The notes beneath the pieces are model-generated. The model saw only the letters and a list, made by a program, of their open reading frames with translations, was not told the origin of the DNA and did no database searches. From an uncultured Planctomycetales bacterium (GTDB taxonomy: Bacteria > 4484-113 > JAFGCY01): a stretch of 64,000 nt of DNA. Below are positions 40,028 to 49,407 of this stretch, piece after piece. The stretch spans positions 34,056 to 98,055 of the forward strand of contig CAZSSB010000006.1 of assembly GCA_964609245.1 (NCBI GenBank). The letters run 5' to 3'. The position numbers were made by a program, and so were the translations under genes. How positions within the stretch are numbered: position 1 is the first letter of the stretch; the number at the start of each line of letters is the position of its first letter.

Positions 40028-41556
40028 TTGAACAGGTCCTCGTACGACTTGGCCCCTTTCTCAAGCAGCTCCGGTCGCCGGACGCACTCGGTGATCACCC
40101 GGCACAGCGTCCTGATCCCGCTTTCGATGTCCTCCACGCTGCTTCGTGAGAACGACAGCCTCATTGCCGGTGCATCCTGCCTGTCCGGCATGCAAAACGT
40201 CGCCGGCAGAAACTCCACGCCGGCCTCGCGCGCCAGACTCAACAGTGGCAATGAGTTTATACCCGATGGGAGCTTGACCCACACGGTCAGACCCCCCTTG
40301 GGTACGTTGAAGCTGCAGCCACGCGGCAGGCAATCCTTGAGCGCCTTGCACATCGCGTTGCGCCGCCGCTTGTACTCCTTGACCGTCTTGCGCAGGTGCT
40401 TGGCGAAGTGTCCCTTCAAGATGAACTCGTGGAGCAGCACCTGCAGGAAGTAGCTGTCCCCTGAATCTGCCCCGATCTTCGCCCTAAGAAGGGGACGTGA
40501 CAGCTGTGCCGGTGATGTAATCCAGCCGATGCGCAGACCCGGCAGGAAGCACTTGCTGAATGTCCCGATGTGGATAACATATCCCCCTGGATCGAGGCTC
40601 TTCAGCGGCGGTGGCGCCTCGCCTTCGTAGCGCAGCTGCCTTGCCCAGTCGTCTTCGATAATTGGCACACGGTGCCGTGCTGCAAGGCGAAGCAGGTGCT
40701 CGCGGCGTTCGGGAGAAAGCGTAGCGCCTGTCGGATTGTGATACGTGGGCACTGTGATCACCGCGCGAACCTCGCCCTGAGCCAAGACGCTGGCCAGATA
40801 CTCCGTGTCCATGCCATTGGCGTCAACCGGCACTGGAACGCATTCAATGCGCTTGGCCAGAAGCAGATTGAGGATTCCCGTATACGTTGGCGTCTCAACA
40901 GCGACCTTCTGCCCCGGCCTCATGATTATGTCCAAGACAAGGGCCAGTGCACGTTGAAATCCACCTGTCAGGAGGATGTCGTTCTCACCTTCGGCCATTG
41001 GCACGCCCGCCAGCGCCATCTCACGCTCGATGTGCTCAACGAGGGGCTGGTAGCCCTGGGCGTGCGCCACGTCAAAGAAGAACTCCTTCGGATACCACAG
41101 CATGTTGGTGGCGATCTGCTTGATCCGCTCGAAGGGGAACAGCGCCGGATCCGGACTGGCCCAGCTGAAGCGGATCAGATCGCCATGCTTCCTGCTGCGC
41201 GGCATCCCGAAGAACTCGCTCTTGAAGTTGAATGGCTCCCACAGCATCGGCGGCAGCTCCGCCAGCGGGCTTCCCATCTCCTCGCGCGTCCTGAGGTTGG
41301 TGCCCAGCGCCACCTCGGGGTGCTCGATCACGAAGGTGCCGCTGCCGTGGCGCGTCTCGATGATGTTGTCCGCCGCCAGCTCGTCGTAGGCGCGGCGCAC
41401 CGTCTTGACCGACACTCCCAGGCTGCGCGCCAGCTCGCGGACGCTGGGCAGCTTCTCGCCGGCCGCCAGCAGCCCATCCTGCACGAGCTGCGTGATCTGG
41501 CGCCGGATCTGCTCATACGCCGGCTCGTCGCTGTGCCGGTCGATCGTGAGGTTCAT
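40024..41556 (-). CDS. MocR/PdxR-family transcriptional regulator (GntR HTH + class-I aminotransferase-like domain)
   Basis: N-terminal PAYEQIRRQITQLVQDGLLAAGEKLPSVRELARSLGVSVKTVRRAY (GntR wHTH) and a PLP-fold domain with a ...GTFSKCF... lysine region. Lower-GC region. Confidence 0.85.
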   Translation of the reverse strand: MNLTIDRHSDEPAYEQIRRQITQLVQDGLLAAGEKLPSVRELARSLGVSVKTVRRAYDELAADNIIETRHGSGTFVIEHPEVALGTNLRTREEMGSPLAELPPMLWEPFNFKSEFFGMPRSRKHGDLIRFSWASPDPALFPFERIKQIATNMLWYPKEFFFDVAHAQGYQPLVEHIEREMALAGVPMAEGENDILLTGGFQRALALVLDIIMRPGQKVAVETPTYTGILNLLLAKRIECVPVPVDANGMDTEYLASVLAQGEVRAVITVPTYHNPTGATLSPERREHLLRLAARHRVPIIEDDWARQLRYEGEAPPPLKSLDPGGYVIHIGTFSKCFLPGLRIGWITSPAQLSRPLLRAKIGADSGDSYFLQVLLHEFILKGHFAKHLRKTVKEYKRRRNAMCKALKDCLPRGCSFNVPKGGLTVWVKLPSGINSLPLLSLAREAGVEFLPATFCMPDRQDAPAMRLSFSRSSVEDIESGIRTLCRVITECVRRPELLEKGAKSYEDLFK

Positions 41557-42064
41557 GGTTCCCCCGTTAATTATCCCCCCCGGTCAGGTATACACAAGGC
41601 ACACTAGTGCCCCGATTATGGGTTCACACATTGCGCATCGCATCCACCTGGCGCCACGGCGCCCCGATCGCCGTCCCGGCCTTGGCTGCGCGCATCCTTG
41701 CCACGCGACCTTGACCGCCGGGCCCCTTGGACCCGAAGTGTGCACCCGAAAGTGTGGTCCAGCTGTGCCTTTGCCGCGGCGCACGTGGGGGGTACACTTG
41801 ATCGTAAGCGGAGTGGTGATGCGGTACACAGATGGGAATTCACCAGGCCCAGCTTAGATGTAGCGCAGCATCGGTGAAGCCATAGACACTCTTCCGCGGA
41901 CAAGTTGAAGCCATCGAGACCTGGGGGTGAGCGTGGGGCGATGGGAGTTCCACCTCACCAGGGCTCGTACCTCCTTTGGGGTGGCGCGGTCGACACGCCA
42001 CCCCTTAACCTAAGCGGCGTGGGTTGCGGTCGGAACCTGCTGCTGATCTTCACCATATCTTTTT

Positions 42065-42091
42065 CCGCATATGCGGATAACATGGTAGAAT
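42065..42091 (+). promoter_or_regulatory. Putative promoter with overlapping palindromic operator (CCGCATATGCGG, then TGgTAGAAT extended -10)
   Basis: Perfect 12-bp palindrome at 42065-42076 and TAGAAT at 42086-42091, about 80 nt upstream of the aminotransferase start. Divergent from the MocR regulator. Confidence 0.35.
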
Positions 42092-42170
42092 TTCGCTGTC
42101 AGAGCCCGAACAGCCGGGGCGGGGCCGGGCGGGCTGGGAAGTAACTCAACGACCCCGGGCGGAGGAAGCC

Positions 42171-43346
42171 ATGCAGAAGTCTCATTTGTTCACACCTGGG
42201 CCGACGATGGTACCGGGAGATGTGGCTTTGGCCGGTGCCAAGGACATGATCCACCACCGCACCGACCAGTTCAAGGCGATCTACGTCAAGTGCGCCGGCC
42301 AGCTGAAGCAGCTGTTCGAGACCAGCCAGCCGGTGCTGGTGCTGCTGGGCAGCGGCACCGCCGCGATGGAGGCGGCGGTCGACGCCGTGGTGGCGCCGGG
42401 CGAGAAGATGATCAGCTTCAACGGCGGCAAGTTCGGCGAGCGCTGGGGCAAGATCGGCCGCAATCTGGGCTGCGACGTCCACGAGGTCAAGTACGAGTGG
42501 AGCGACTTCGCCGGCGTCGACAAGCTGGAGCAGGCGCTGAAGGACTGCCCGGACGCCGTGGCGGTGTTCTGCCAGCTCAACGAGACGGCCAGCGGCGTCG
42601 GCAATCCGGTCAAGGACCTCGCCGAGGTCTGCCACAAGGCGGGCAAGCTGATCGTGGTCGACGGCATCAGCGGCCTCAGCGCGATGAAGTGCCCGATGGA
42701 CGAGTGGGGCCTCGACATCGTGCTGACCGGCAGCCAGAAAGGCCTGATGCTGCCGCCGGGCCTGGCGTTCATCGCCATGAGCGAGAAGGCGCAGCAGAAG
42801 ATGGCCGGCCACGGCGCGCGGCTGTTCTACAACGATCTGCGGGCCCAGCTCAAGGCCGACGGCAAATCCACCCACGCCTGGACCAGCGGCGTCAGCCTCT
42901 ACCAGCAGCTCAGCGTGGCGCTGGACATGATGCTCGAGGAAGGCATCGACAACATCATCCACCGCTGCCACGTCCAGGGCGACGCGGTGCGGGCGGCGGC
43001 GAAGGCCCACGGCTTCGAGCTGCTCAACGCGGCGAGCCCCGGCGACGTGCTGACCCCGATCCTGATGCCCGAGAGCGTCAAGGCCAGCGAGGTCGCCAAG
43101 TACTGCCGCGGCCACTGGGGCATCTACTTCGCCGCCGGTCAGGACGACTACAAGGACAAGATCGTCCGCATCGGCCACCTGGGCTATCAGGACCACTTCG
43201 AGACGATCATGGCGATCGCCGCCTTCGAGATGGCGATGAAACACTTCGGCCTCGACATCGAGCTGGGCAAGGGCGTCAAGGCGGCCCAGGAGATCCTGAT
43301 GGCGGACCTGGAAGAGCAGGAGAGGAAGTCCGCGGCGGCGGGCTAG
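42171..43346 (+). CDS. Class-V aminotransferase (AGXT/phosphoserine-aminotransferase SerC-like)
   Basis: GGAGGAAG RBS. PLP-fold class V (...SGLSAMKC...TGSQKGLMLPPG... lysine motif). Followed by serA, suggesting the phosphorylated serine pathway. Confidence 0.8.
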   Translation: MQKSHLFTPGPTMVPGDVALAGAKDMIHHRTDQFKAIYVKCAGQLKQLFETSQPVLVLLGSGTAAMEAAVDAVVAPGEKMISFNGGKFGERWGKIGRNLGCDVHEVKYEWSDFAGVDKLEQALKDCPDAVAVFCQLNETASGVGNPVKDLAEVCHKAGKLIVVDGISGLSAMKCPMDEWGLDIVLTGSQKGLMLPPGLAFIAMSEKAQQKMAGHGARLFYNDLRAQLKADGKSTHAWTSGVSLYQQLSVALDMMLEEGIDNIIHRCHVQGDAVRAAAKAHGFELLNAASPGDVLTPILMPESVKASEVAKYCRGHWGIYFAAGQDDYKDKIVRIGHLGYQDHFETIMAIAAFEMAMKHFGLDIELGKGVKAAQEILMADLEEQERKSAAAG

Positions 43347-43348
43347 AC

Positions 43349-43412
43349 ATCTTGGTGGCGCGGGCGTCGCGCCCGCGATCGTAGATTGGTGGCGCGGGCG
43401 TCGCGCCCGCGA
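43349..43412. repeat. Two tandem copies of the family-B palindromic repeat ((C/A)TTGGTGGCGCGGGCGTCGCGCCCGCGA)
   Basis: Direct tandem duplication between the aminotransferase and serA. Same unit as at 7038. Confidence 0.5.
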
Positions 43413-43461
43413 ATGGCGGCCGGGACGGCCGCCCCACCGGTAATGTATCGGGAGGATTAAC

Positions 43462-44391
43462 ATGGCAAAGGTCCTGGTATGCGATCCGATGGCCGACGGG
43501 CCGCTGGAGCAGATGCGGGCGGTTCCGCATCTGGAGGTCACCTACTCGCCGGACGTGACGCCTGAGGAACTGCTGACGGCGGTCAAGGGCATGCACGCGA
43601 TGGTGGTGCGCGGCCGCACCAAGGTGACCGAGGAGGTCATCGACGCTTTCGATGAGATGAAGGTCATCGTGCGCGGCGGGGTCGGCATCGACAACATCAA
43701 GCACGAATACGCGGCCGGCAAGGGCGTGGAGACGAAGAACACCCCCGCGGCCTCCAGCCAGAGCGTGGCGGAACTGGCGCTGGCGATGATGTTCGCGCTG
43801 GCCCGCAAGGTGGTGCCGGCGACGGGCAGCATGCAGGCCGGCAAGTGGGAGAAGAAGGCGTTCAAGGGCACCGAGCTCAGCGGCAAGACGCTGGGCCTCG
43901 TCGGCCTGGGACGCATCGCGCGGGCGCTCGGCAAGATGGGCCATGCCCTGGGGATGCGCGTGATCGGCACGGACCCGTATGTCAACGCGGCGGACGTCAA
44001 GGAGTTTCCGGTCGAGGGCGTCAGCCTGGAAGAGGTGATGCGGGGCAGCGACTACATCAGCGTGCACGTGCCCCACACCGGCGAGACGCACCATCTGCTG
44101 GACGCCGCGATGTTGGGCATGATGAAGCCGACGGCGTTCCTGGTGGACTGCAGCCGCGGCGGGGTGCGGGACGACAGCGCGCTGGTCGCCCTGCTGAGGG
44201 ACGGCAAGATCGCGGGCGCGGGGCTGGACGTGTTCGAGACGGAGCCGCCGGAGAGCAATCCGTTCGAGGGGATGGAAAGCGTCGTAATGGCGCCGCACCA
44301 GGGCGCCCAGACCGCCGAGGGCCAGAGCCGTGTCGGCTACGAGGTCGTCGAGATCCTCGACGCCTACTTCAAGGCCGAAGCGGGCGCGTAG
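43462..44391 (+). CDS. serA: D-3-phosphoglycerate dehydrogenase / 2-hydroxyacid dehydrogenase (short form)
   Basis: GGAGGA RBS. NAD-binding GLVGLGRIARALGK and the catalytic R/E/H pattern of D-isomer 2-hydroxyacid dehydrogenases. Confidence 0.8.
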   Translation: MAKVLVCDPMADGPLEQMRAVPHLEVTYSPDVTPEELLTAVKGMHAMVVRGRTKVTEEVIDAFDEMKVIVRGGVGIDNIKHEYAAGKGVETKNTPAASSQSVAELALAMMFALARKVVPATGSMQAGKWEKKAFKGTELSGKTLGLVGLGRIARALGKMGHALGMRVIGTDPYVNAADVKEFPVEGVSLEEVMRGSDYISVHVPHTGETHHLLDAAMLGMMKPTAFLVDCSRGGVRDDSALVALLRDGKIAGAGLDVFETEPPESNPFEGMESVVMAPHQGAQTAEGQSRVGYEVVEILDAYFKAEAGA

Positions 44392-44425
44392 AAGCAGCGG
44401 CACAGCTGCGCAGTACAATGGAACC

Positions 44426-45472
44426 ATGGTGGCCGCTGCTCATGGATCGAGGCTTCGTCGCACGATCATCTCCATCGCTGCGGCGATCTTGACGCTTGTG
44501 CCCCTGCTGACGACTGCCTGCTACCCAGGTGGCCTGTCCCAGGTGGGTTCATACAAAGGCCCCTATCGTGGCAACTACTTCTACGATCTGGAGCTGATCG
44601 GCGACACCGCCTATCTCACGGACAACTACGGCGCCGTCGCCGTCGATGTCAGCGATCCGCGCCGCCCGCGGGAGGTGGTCAGGATCGACGCTGGCGGGGC
44701 CTGCTTCGCCGTAACGGCTAGCGAAGGCTACATGTATCTCGGCGGGGGTCGCGGCCTGATGGTCGTCGATATCTCGGATCCCGATTCCCCGCGGACCGTC
44801 GGCGATCACGACCTCGCAGCGGAAGCCTACGATCTCCTCGTGCTGGCTTCCCGACTGCTGATCGCCGACAACGCGGGCGGGCTGGTGATCGTCGACATCT
44901 CCGACCCCCAGAACCTGGTCGAGGTGTCGCGGCTGGACACCCAGGGACCGTGCCGGGGCTTGTCGGCTGCAGGCGCTACGCTCTATGCCTCGGACGTGGG
45001 CCAGGGCGTACTGATTGTCGACATCGCGGACATGGCCCTGCCCCAGCTCACGGGCACGATTGCGGATACCGAGGGGGCGTGCGGGCTCAAGGCAGCCGGG
45101 GAGCTGCTGCAGGTGCACTTCCACGGTGAGGGCGTGAAGCTCTACGACATCAGCGAGCCGGAGCTACCGGCCTTGCTCGGCAGCATTGATCCAGAGTGGG
45201 CGAGCAACACCTACACTCCTGCATCGCCCTCCCCGCTACCGTCCGAAGACAGCTCCGCTCCGGCGTTGATTGAACCATACGCGGGCTCCGGGCACCTGAT
45301 GGCTGTTCGCAACGGCCTTCGCGGTGTGTCGGTCTGGGACCTGGCAGACCAGTCTGAGCCGCGGCTGATCGGCTACTACCCGACCCGCGGAGGCAGCCAT
45401 GGCCTGCACTGCCGGGGCGATTACGTCTTCTCGGCGATGGACAGGCTGATAATACTCACGCCGGCGCCTTGA
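44426..45472 (+). CDS. LVIVD-repeat (beta-propeller) lipoprotein
   Basis: Lipobox LLTTAC. Repeated ...G.LMVVDISDP..., GGLVIVDISDP, GVLIVDIADM units (literal LVIVD). Confidence 0.7.
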   Translation: MVAAAHGSRLRRTIISIAAAILTLVPLLTTACYPGGLSQVGSYKGPYRGNYFYDLELIGDTAYLTDNYGAVAVDVSDPRRPREVVRIDAGGACFAVTASEGYMYLGGGRGLMVVDISDPDSPRTVGDHDLAAEAYDLLVLASRLLIADNAGGLVIVDISDPQNLVEVSRLDTQGPCRGLSAAGATLYASDVGQGVLIVDIADMALPQLTGTIADTEGACGLKAAGELLQVHFHGEGVKLYDISEPELPALLGSIDPEWASNTYTPASPSPLPSEDSSAPALIEPYAGSGHLMAVRNGLRGVSVWDLADQSEPRLIGYYPTRGGSHGLHCRGDYVFSAMDRLIILTPAP

Positions 45473-45509
45473 CGGCAGCGGCGGCGTCCAGCGGGATGAA
45501 GCGGCGAGT

Positions 45510-46019
45510 CTACTCCTCTTCCGGCTGGCGTTTGAGCTTGACCGTGCCGTCTTCCAGGATCACGTCGTCGGAGTAGTCCGGCAGGTCCGTCTTGGCCGGC
45601 TTGCTGATCACCTTGCCGTCGAGGTCGAACTCGCACCCGTAGCAGGGGCAGCGAAACACCTGGTCCTCAGGGATGTATTCCAGCAGGCACTTGAGGTAGG
45701 TGCAGATTGCCGACAGCACCACCCAGCGCGCCGTCTGCTTGTTGATCCGCTCGCGTCTGACGAAGACCTTTTCGATATCCATCAGGTTGCCCTCGGCGTC
45801 GCGGAAGACGGCCTTGACCAGCACCGGCTCGTCGCAGCAGAGGTCATCGGCGTCGCCCAGCTCCGCGATCCAAGCCCCGTCGTAGGGATCTTCATCCTCG
45901 GTGTCCTGGCCGTAGCCCGCCGCGGGCAGCAGCACCGCCAGCAGCGCCACCAGGGCCGCCAGCCGGAGTATCTGTCTGTCGAGTCGCGTGTGCATAGCTC
46001 CATTCCGGCCGCGGTTCAT
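45510..46019 (-). CDS. Exported Rieske-fold protein with His-to-Tyr replacements in both cluster-binding boxes
   Basis: Signal peptide, then CTYLKC...(17 aa)...CPCYGC where canonical Rieske has CxH..C / CxCH. Confidence 0.6.
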   Translation of the reverse strand: MNRGRNGAMHTRLDRQILRLAALVALLAVLLPAAGYGQDTEDEDPYDGAWIAELGDADDLCCDEPVLVKAVFRDAEGNLMDIEKVFVRRERINKQTARWVVLSAICTYLKCLLEYIPEDQVFRCPCYGCEFDLDGKVISKPAKTDLPDYSDDVILEDGTVKLKRQPEEE

Positions 46020-46077
46020 CGCGCGGCCAGCCTTACAACTCTACCAGCTGCTGCGACTGAGCGCGCCGCGCCGATGT

Positions 46078-47218
46078 TCAGGGGGCCGGCGACTGCTGCA
46101 GTTCGCGTTGCTCACGCAGCCACTTCAGTCCGGCCCAGATGAAGGGCGTCAGCTCGCCGTCCAGCACTCGCTGCGCACTGCTGGTCTCGTAGTCCGTGCG
46201 CAGGTCCTTAACCAGCTGGTAGGGGTGCAGGAAGTAGGAGCGGATCTGGGTGCCCCAGGTGATGTCGGTCTGCACCCCGCGCAGGTCCTCAATGCGCTCC
46301 TTCTTGAGTTCCAGCATCAGGGCCACCAGCTTGCTCTTCAGCTGCCGAAGCGCCGTCTGGCGGTTCAGATACTGGCTGCGCTCGTTTTGGCAGCTGACCA
46401 CGATGCCCGTCGGCTCATGGGTCAGCCGCACAGCGCTGGAGGTCTTGTTGACGTGCTGGCCACCGGCGCTCGAGGCGCGGAAGACGTCCATCTTGATGTC
46501 CTTTTCGTCCACTTCGACCTTAGCGTCATCGCCCAGTTCCGGGATTACGTCAACGCCGACAAACGAAGTGTGCCGGCGGCGGGTGTTGTCGAACGGCGAG
46601 ATCCGCACCAGCCGGTGAGTGCCCCGCTCGGCCTTGAGCAGGCCGTAGGGATGCCGGCCGCTGATGCGGAAGGTCAGCGACTGAAATCCGGCCCGCTCGC
46701 CGCGGTGCTCGTGCGTCACTTCCAGCTTCAGCCGCTCGCGCTCGGCCCACATCCCGTACATGCGGAACAGCATTTCTGCGAAGTCGCAGGAATCGTCACC
46801 ACCCGCGCCGGCGCGCAGCGTCACCAGGGCCGGATCATCATCGTACTCGCCGTCGAGCAATCCCTCCAGCTCCAGGGCCTGAACGCGCTGGGCGAGTCGC
46901 TCGATCTCCTCGGAGATACCCTCCAGTTCGCGCTCGTCCTCGGCCTTGCCCTCCTCCCCGATCAGCGCCCACAGCGCCTCGAGATCCTCCACGCCCTGCG
47001 AGACCTCGTCGTACTGCTTCAGCGTGGCGTCAAGGCTGGCGATCTCCTGACTGACGCGGGTGGCCTGGGCGTGGTCGTCCCAGAAACCGTCCTGCTCGCG
47101 CAGTGCTTCCAGCTCGGCCAGCCGCGCGCGCTTGGCGTCGAGGTCAAAGGTACCTCCGCATATCCGTCAGCGCAGTACTGAACCGCGCCAACTCGGCACG
47201 TATTTCGTGGGGTTGCAC
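46078..47218 (-). CDS. prfB: Peptide chain release factor 2 with programmed +1 frameshift (GGAGG-TAC-CTT-UGA-C)
   Basis: GTG 47218 gives VQPHEIRAELARFSTALTDMRRYL. CTT at 47149-47147 then in-frame TGA at 47146-47144. The +1 frame continues DLDAKRARLAELEALREQDGFWDD... through the GGQ motif (SAGGQHVNKT) to the stop at 46078. The track ORF 46078..46992 is the post-shift part. Confidence 0.85.
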
Positions 47219-47224
47219 CGCTGG

Positions 47225-47263
47225 GATTATACCGGCTGCGGCTTCGCACCGGAGCGGTATAAT
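47225..47263. promoter_or_regulatory. Divergent promoter pair: inverted GATTATACC / GGTATAATC -10 boxes
   Basis: The minus-strand TATAAT lies 7 nt before the prfB GTG (leaderless). The plus-strand TATAAT lies about 35 nt before the kinase GTG, which has an AGGTGA RBS. Confidence 0.35.
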
Positions 47264-47298
47264 CAGCCAGCGCAAGGCGGTCCGGCCGTAGGTGACAT

Positions 47299-48432
47299 GT
47301 GAAGCTCTTAACCCAGTTCATCAGACAGCTCAATACGCCGGCGCAGCTCTGGGCGCCGGACGGCACCGTGCTGCTGACCAATGCCAGGTTCAACGAGTTG
47401 TTTCGGCTGCCCGCCCTGCTGGACTGGTCCCGCTACAAGCTGTCGCTGCTCACCGACCCCCAGGCCGTCGACGCCGGCATCGTCGCGATGTTCCGGCGGG
47501 CGCTGGAGGGCATGCCCACCGAGATCCAGTCCTTCAGCTACGAGACCGCCCGCAATCCGGAGGCCAGGCAGGACGAGTCGGAGACGCTGGTGCTGGGCTT
47601 CGATCTGCAGCCGCTGCTGACCGAGGCCGGCGACCTGGCCTGCGTGGTCTGCCTGGTCACCGATCACGCCAGCACGGGTACTCGCTTCGAGCATGAGCTG
47701 ATGCGCAGCCAGAAGATGGAGAACATCGAGCGGCTCGCCAGCGGCGTGGCCCACGAATTCAACAACATCTTCACCGGCATCAAGGGGATGACCGAGCTGA
47801 TCAAGGACGAGGTCGATCAGACGTCGGAGATCCGCGAGTTCGCCGACATCATTCACCAGAACATCGCCCGCGGCGCGGAGTTGATCCAGCAGCTGAGCAG
47901 TTTCGCCCGCGACGTGCCGGTCAACCTGCGCCGCATGACGCTGTCGGGCTACCTTGAGCGGGCGCTGCCGCTGATGCAGATGCACGTTCAGCGGCGGGTA
48001 ACCATCGAAACAGAGATCAGGCGTGACGGCGAGGTGCTGATCGACGCCAGCCGCCTGGACCAGGCGCTGGCCAACCTGCTGCTCAATGCCCGGGACGCGA
48101 TGGGCGGCCGGGGCAAGGTCCGGATCGTGATCGATGACACGGCCCCGACGCCGGCGTCGGGCCACGTCCTGCCCGAGGGCGTCGAGTGGCGGATGATCGA
48201 GATCGCGGATGCGGGTCCCGGCATCCCGCCGGAACTCCGCCTGCGGGCGCTGGAGCCGTTCTTCACCACCAAGGAGCGGGGCAAGGCCACCGGCCTGGGC
48301 CTGTCCGTGGCCAGCCGGATCATCCTCTCCCACAACGGCATGCTGACGGTCGGTGAGTCCGCCGACCTGGGGGGAGCGGCGCTCCGCGTTTTCCTGCCGC
48401 TGGCTGCGGCGGAGAGCGAGGCCCACGGCTGA
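47299..48432 (+). CDS. Cytoplasmic sensor histidine kinase (PAS-like N-terminus, HisKA, HATPase_c)
   Basis: H-box LASGVAHEFNN, N-box LLLNARDA, G1 IADAGPGI, G2 GLGLSV. Confidence 0.85.
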   Translation: MKLLTQFIRQLNTPAQLWAPDGTVLLTNARFNELFRLPALLDWSRYKLSLLTDPQAVDAGIVAMFRRALEGMPTEIQSFSYETARNPEARQDESETLVLGFDLQPLLTEAGDLACVVCLVTDHASTGTRFEHELMRSQKMENIERLASGVAHEFNNIFTGIKGMTELIKDEVDQTSEIREFADIIHQNIARGAELIQQLSSFARDVPVNLRRMTLSGYLERALPLMQMHVQRRVTIETEIRRDGEVLIDASRLDQALANLLLNARDAMGGRGKVRIVIDDTAPTPASGHVLPEGVEWRMIEIADAGPGIPPELRLRALEPFFTTKERGKATGLGLSVASRIILSHNGMLTVGESADLGGAALRVFLPLAAAESEAHG

Positions 48433-48442
48433 GGCCTGCCGC

Positions 48443-49339
48443 TCAGCACAGGAACCTAAGCCCGCCCGCCTGCACCGCGATCTCAACTGTGTCCGAACCA
48501 CAGAGATGCAGCTCGCCATCCAGCGCCAGGTAGTCGAGGTGCTCGGCCAGGCTGATGCTGAGGCCCTTGACCTGGCGGTAGGTGGTGATCGGCAGCCCGA
48601 GATGGGTGCCGCGCACGGCGGCAGGGAAGTACTTCAGCAGCTCGAAGCGGCTGGCCTCTTTCACGAGAAGCAGATCAAGCAGCCCATCATCTGTGCTGGC
48701 CCGGGGCGCGATGCGGGTGCCGCCGCCGATGAACGGCGAGTTCATCGCCAGCACCCAGCAGACGCGGCCCGCGTGGACCTCGTCGTCACACGCTATTCGC
48801 GCTTCGACGGAGCGGAAACGCAGCAGGGTGCGCAGGAATGCCACGTTGTAGTTGGCGCCCAGCCGTCCGCGACTGCGCTGCCGCGTCTTCAGCGTCTCGC
48901 TGTCGATACCGAAGCCGGCGCTGTTGATGAAGCGCACGCCGTTGGCCGTCCCGAAGTCCAGCGCCCGCGGCCTGAGCCGGCTGAGCCGCCTGATCCGGGC
49001 GCCCAGCCGCCGCGGCAGATCGAGCGTGCGGGCGAAGTCATTGCCCGTGCCGCAGGGCAGGATGCCCAGCACCTGGGAGTCCAGACTGAGCCCCTGCAGC
49101 AGCTGATGCAGCGTGCCGTCGCCGCCGACGGCCAGCACCAGACGGTGCGTGCTGCCGCTGCGCTGTACGATCTCGCGGACGTGATCCAGATCGCGGGGCA
49201 GCACGGCGTCGAGCCGCGGAAACACGTGGGTCAGCTGCGTCTTCAGCAGCGGCAGCAGCTCCAGATTGGCGGGTGAGAGGACGGCGAGCACCCGCTGGTC
49301 ACCCAGCGTCGGGTGCACAAGTGACTGATCCTCGGCCAT
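48443..49339 (-). CDS. Diacylglycerol/lipid kinase catalytic-domain protein (DagK/YegS family)
   Basis: LAVGGDGTLHQ and LGILPCGTGNDFAR motifs. Confidence 0.8.
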   Translation of the reverse strand: MAEDQSLVHPTLGDQRVLAVLSPANLELLPLLKTQLTHVFPRLDAVLPRDLDHVREIVQRSGSTHRLVLAVGGDGTLHQLLQGLSLDSQVLGILPCGTGNDFARTLDLPRRLGARIRRLSRLRPRALDFGTANGVRFINSAGFGIDSETLKTRQRSRGRLGANYNVAFLRTLLRFRSVEARIACDDEVHAGRVCWVLAMNSPFIGGGTRIAPRASTDDGLLDLLLVKEASRFELLKYFPAAVRGTHLGLPITTYRQVKGLSISLAEHLDYLALDGELHLCGSDTVEIAVQAGGLRFLC

Positions 49340-49407
49340 GGTGGCACCGCCCGCCCCGCCGGCGGCTTGCCGGGCCGGCCCGCAGGCGTTAGGCTTGGGA
49401 TTGTAGC

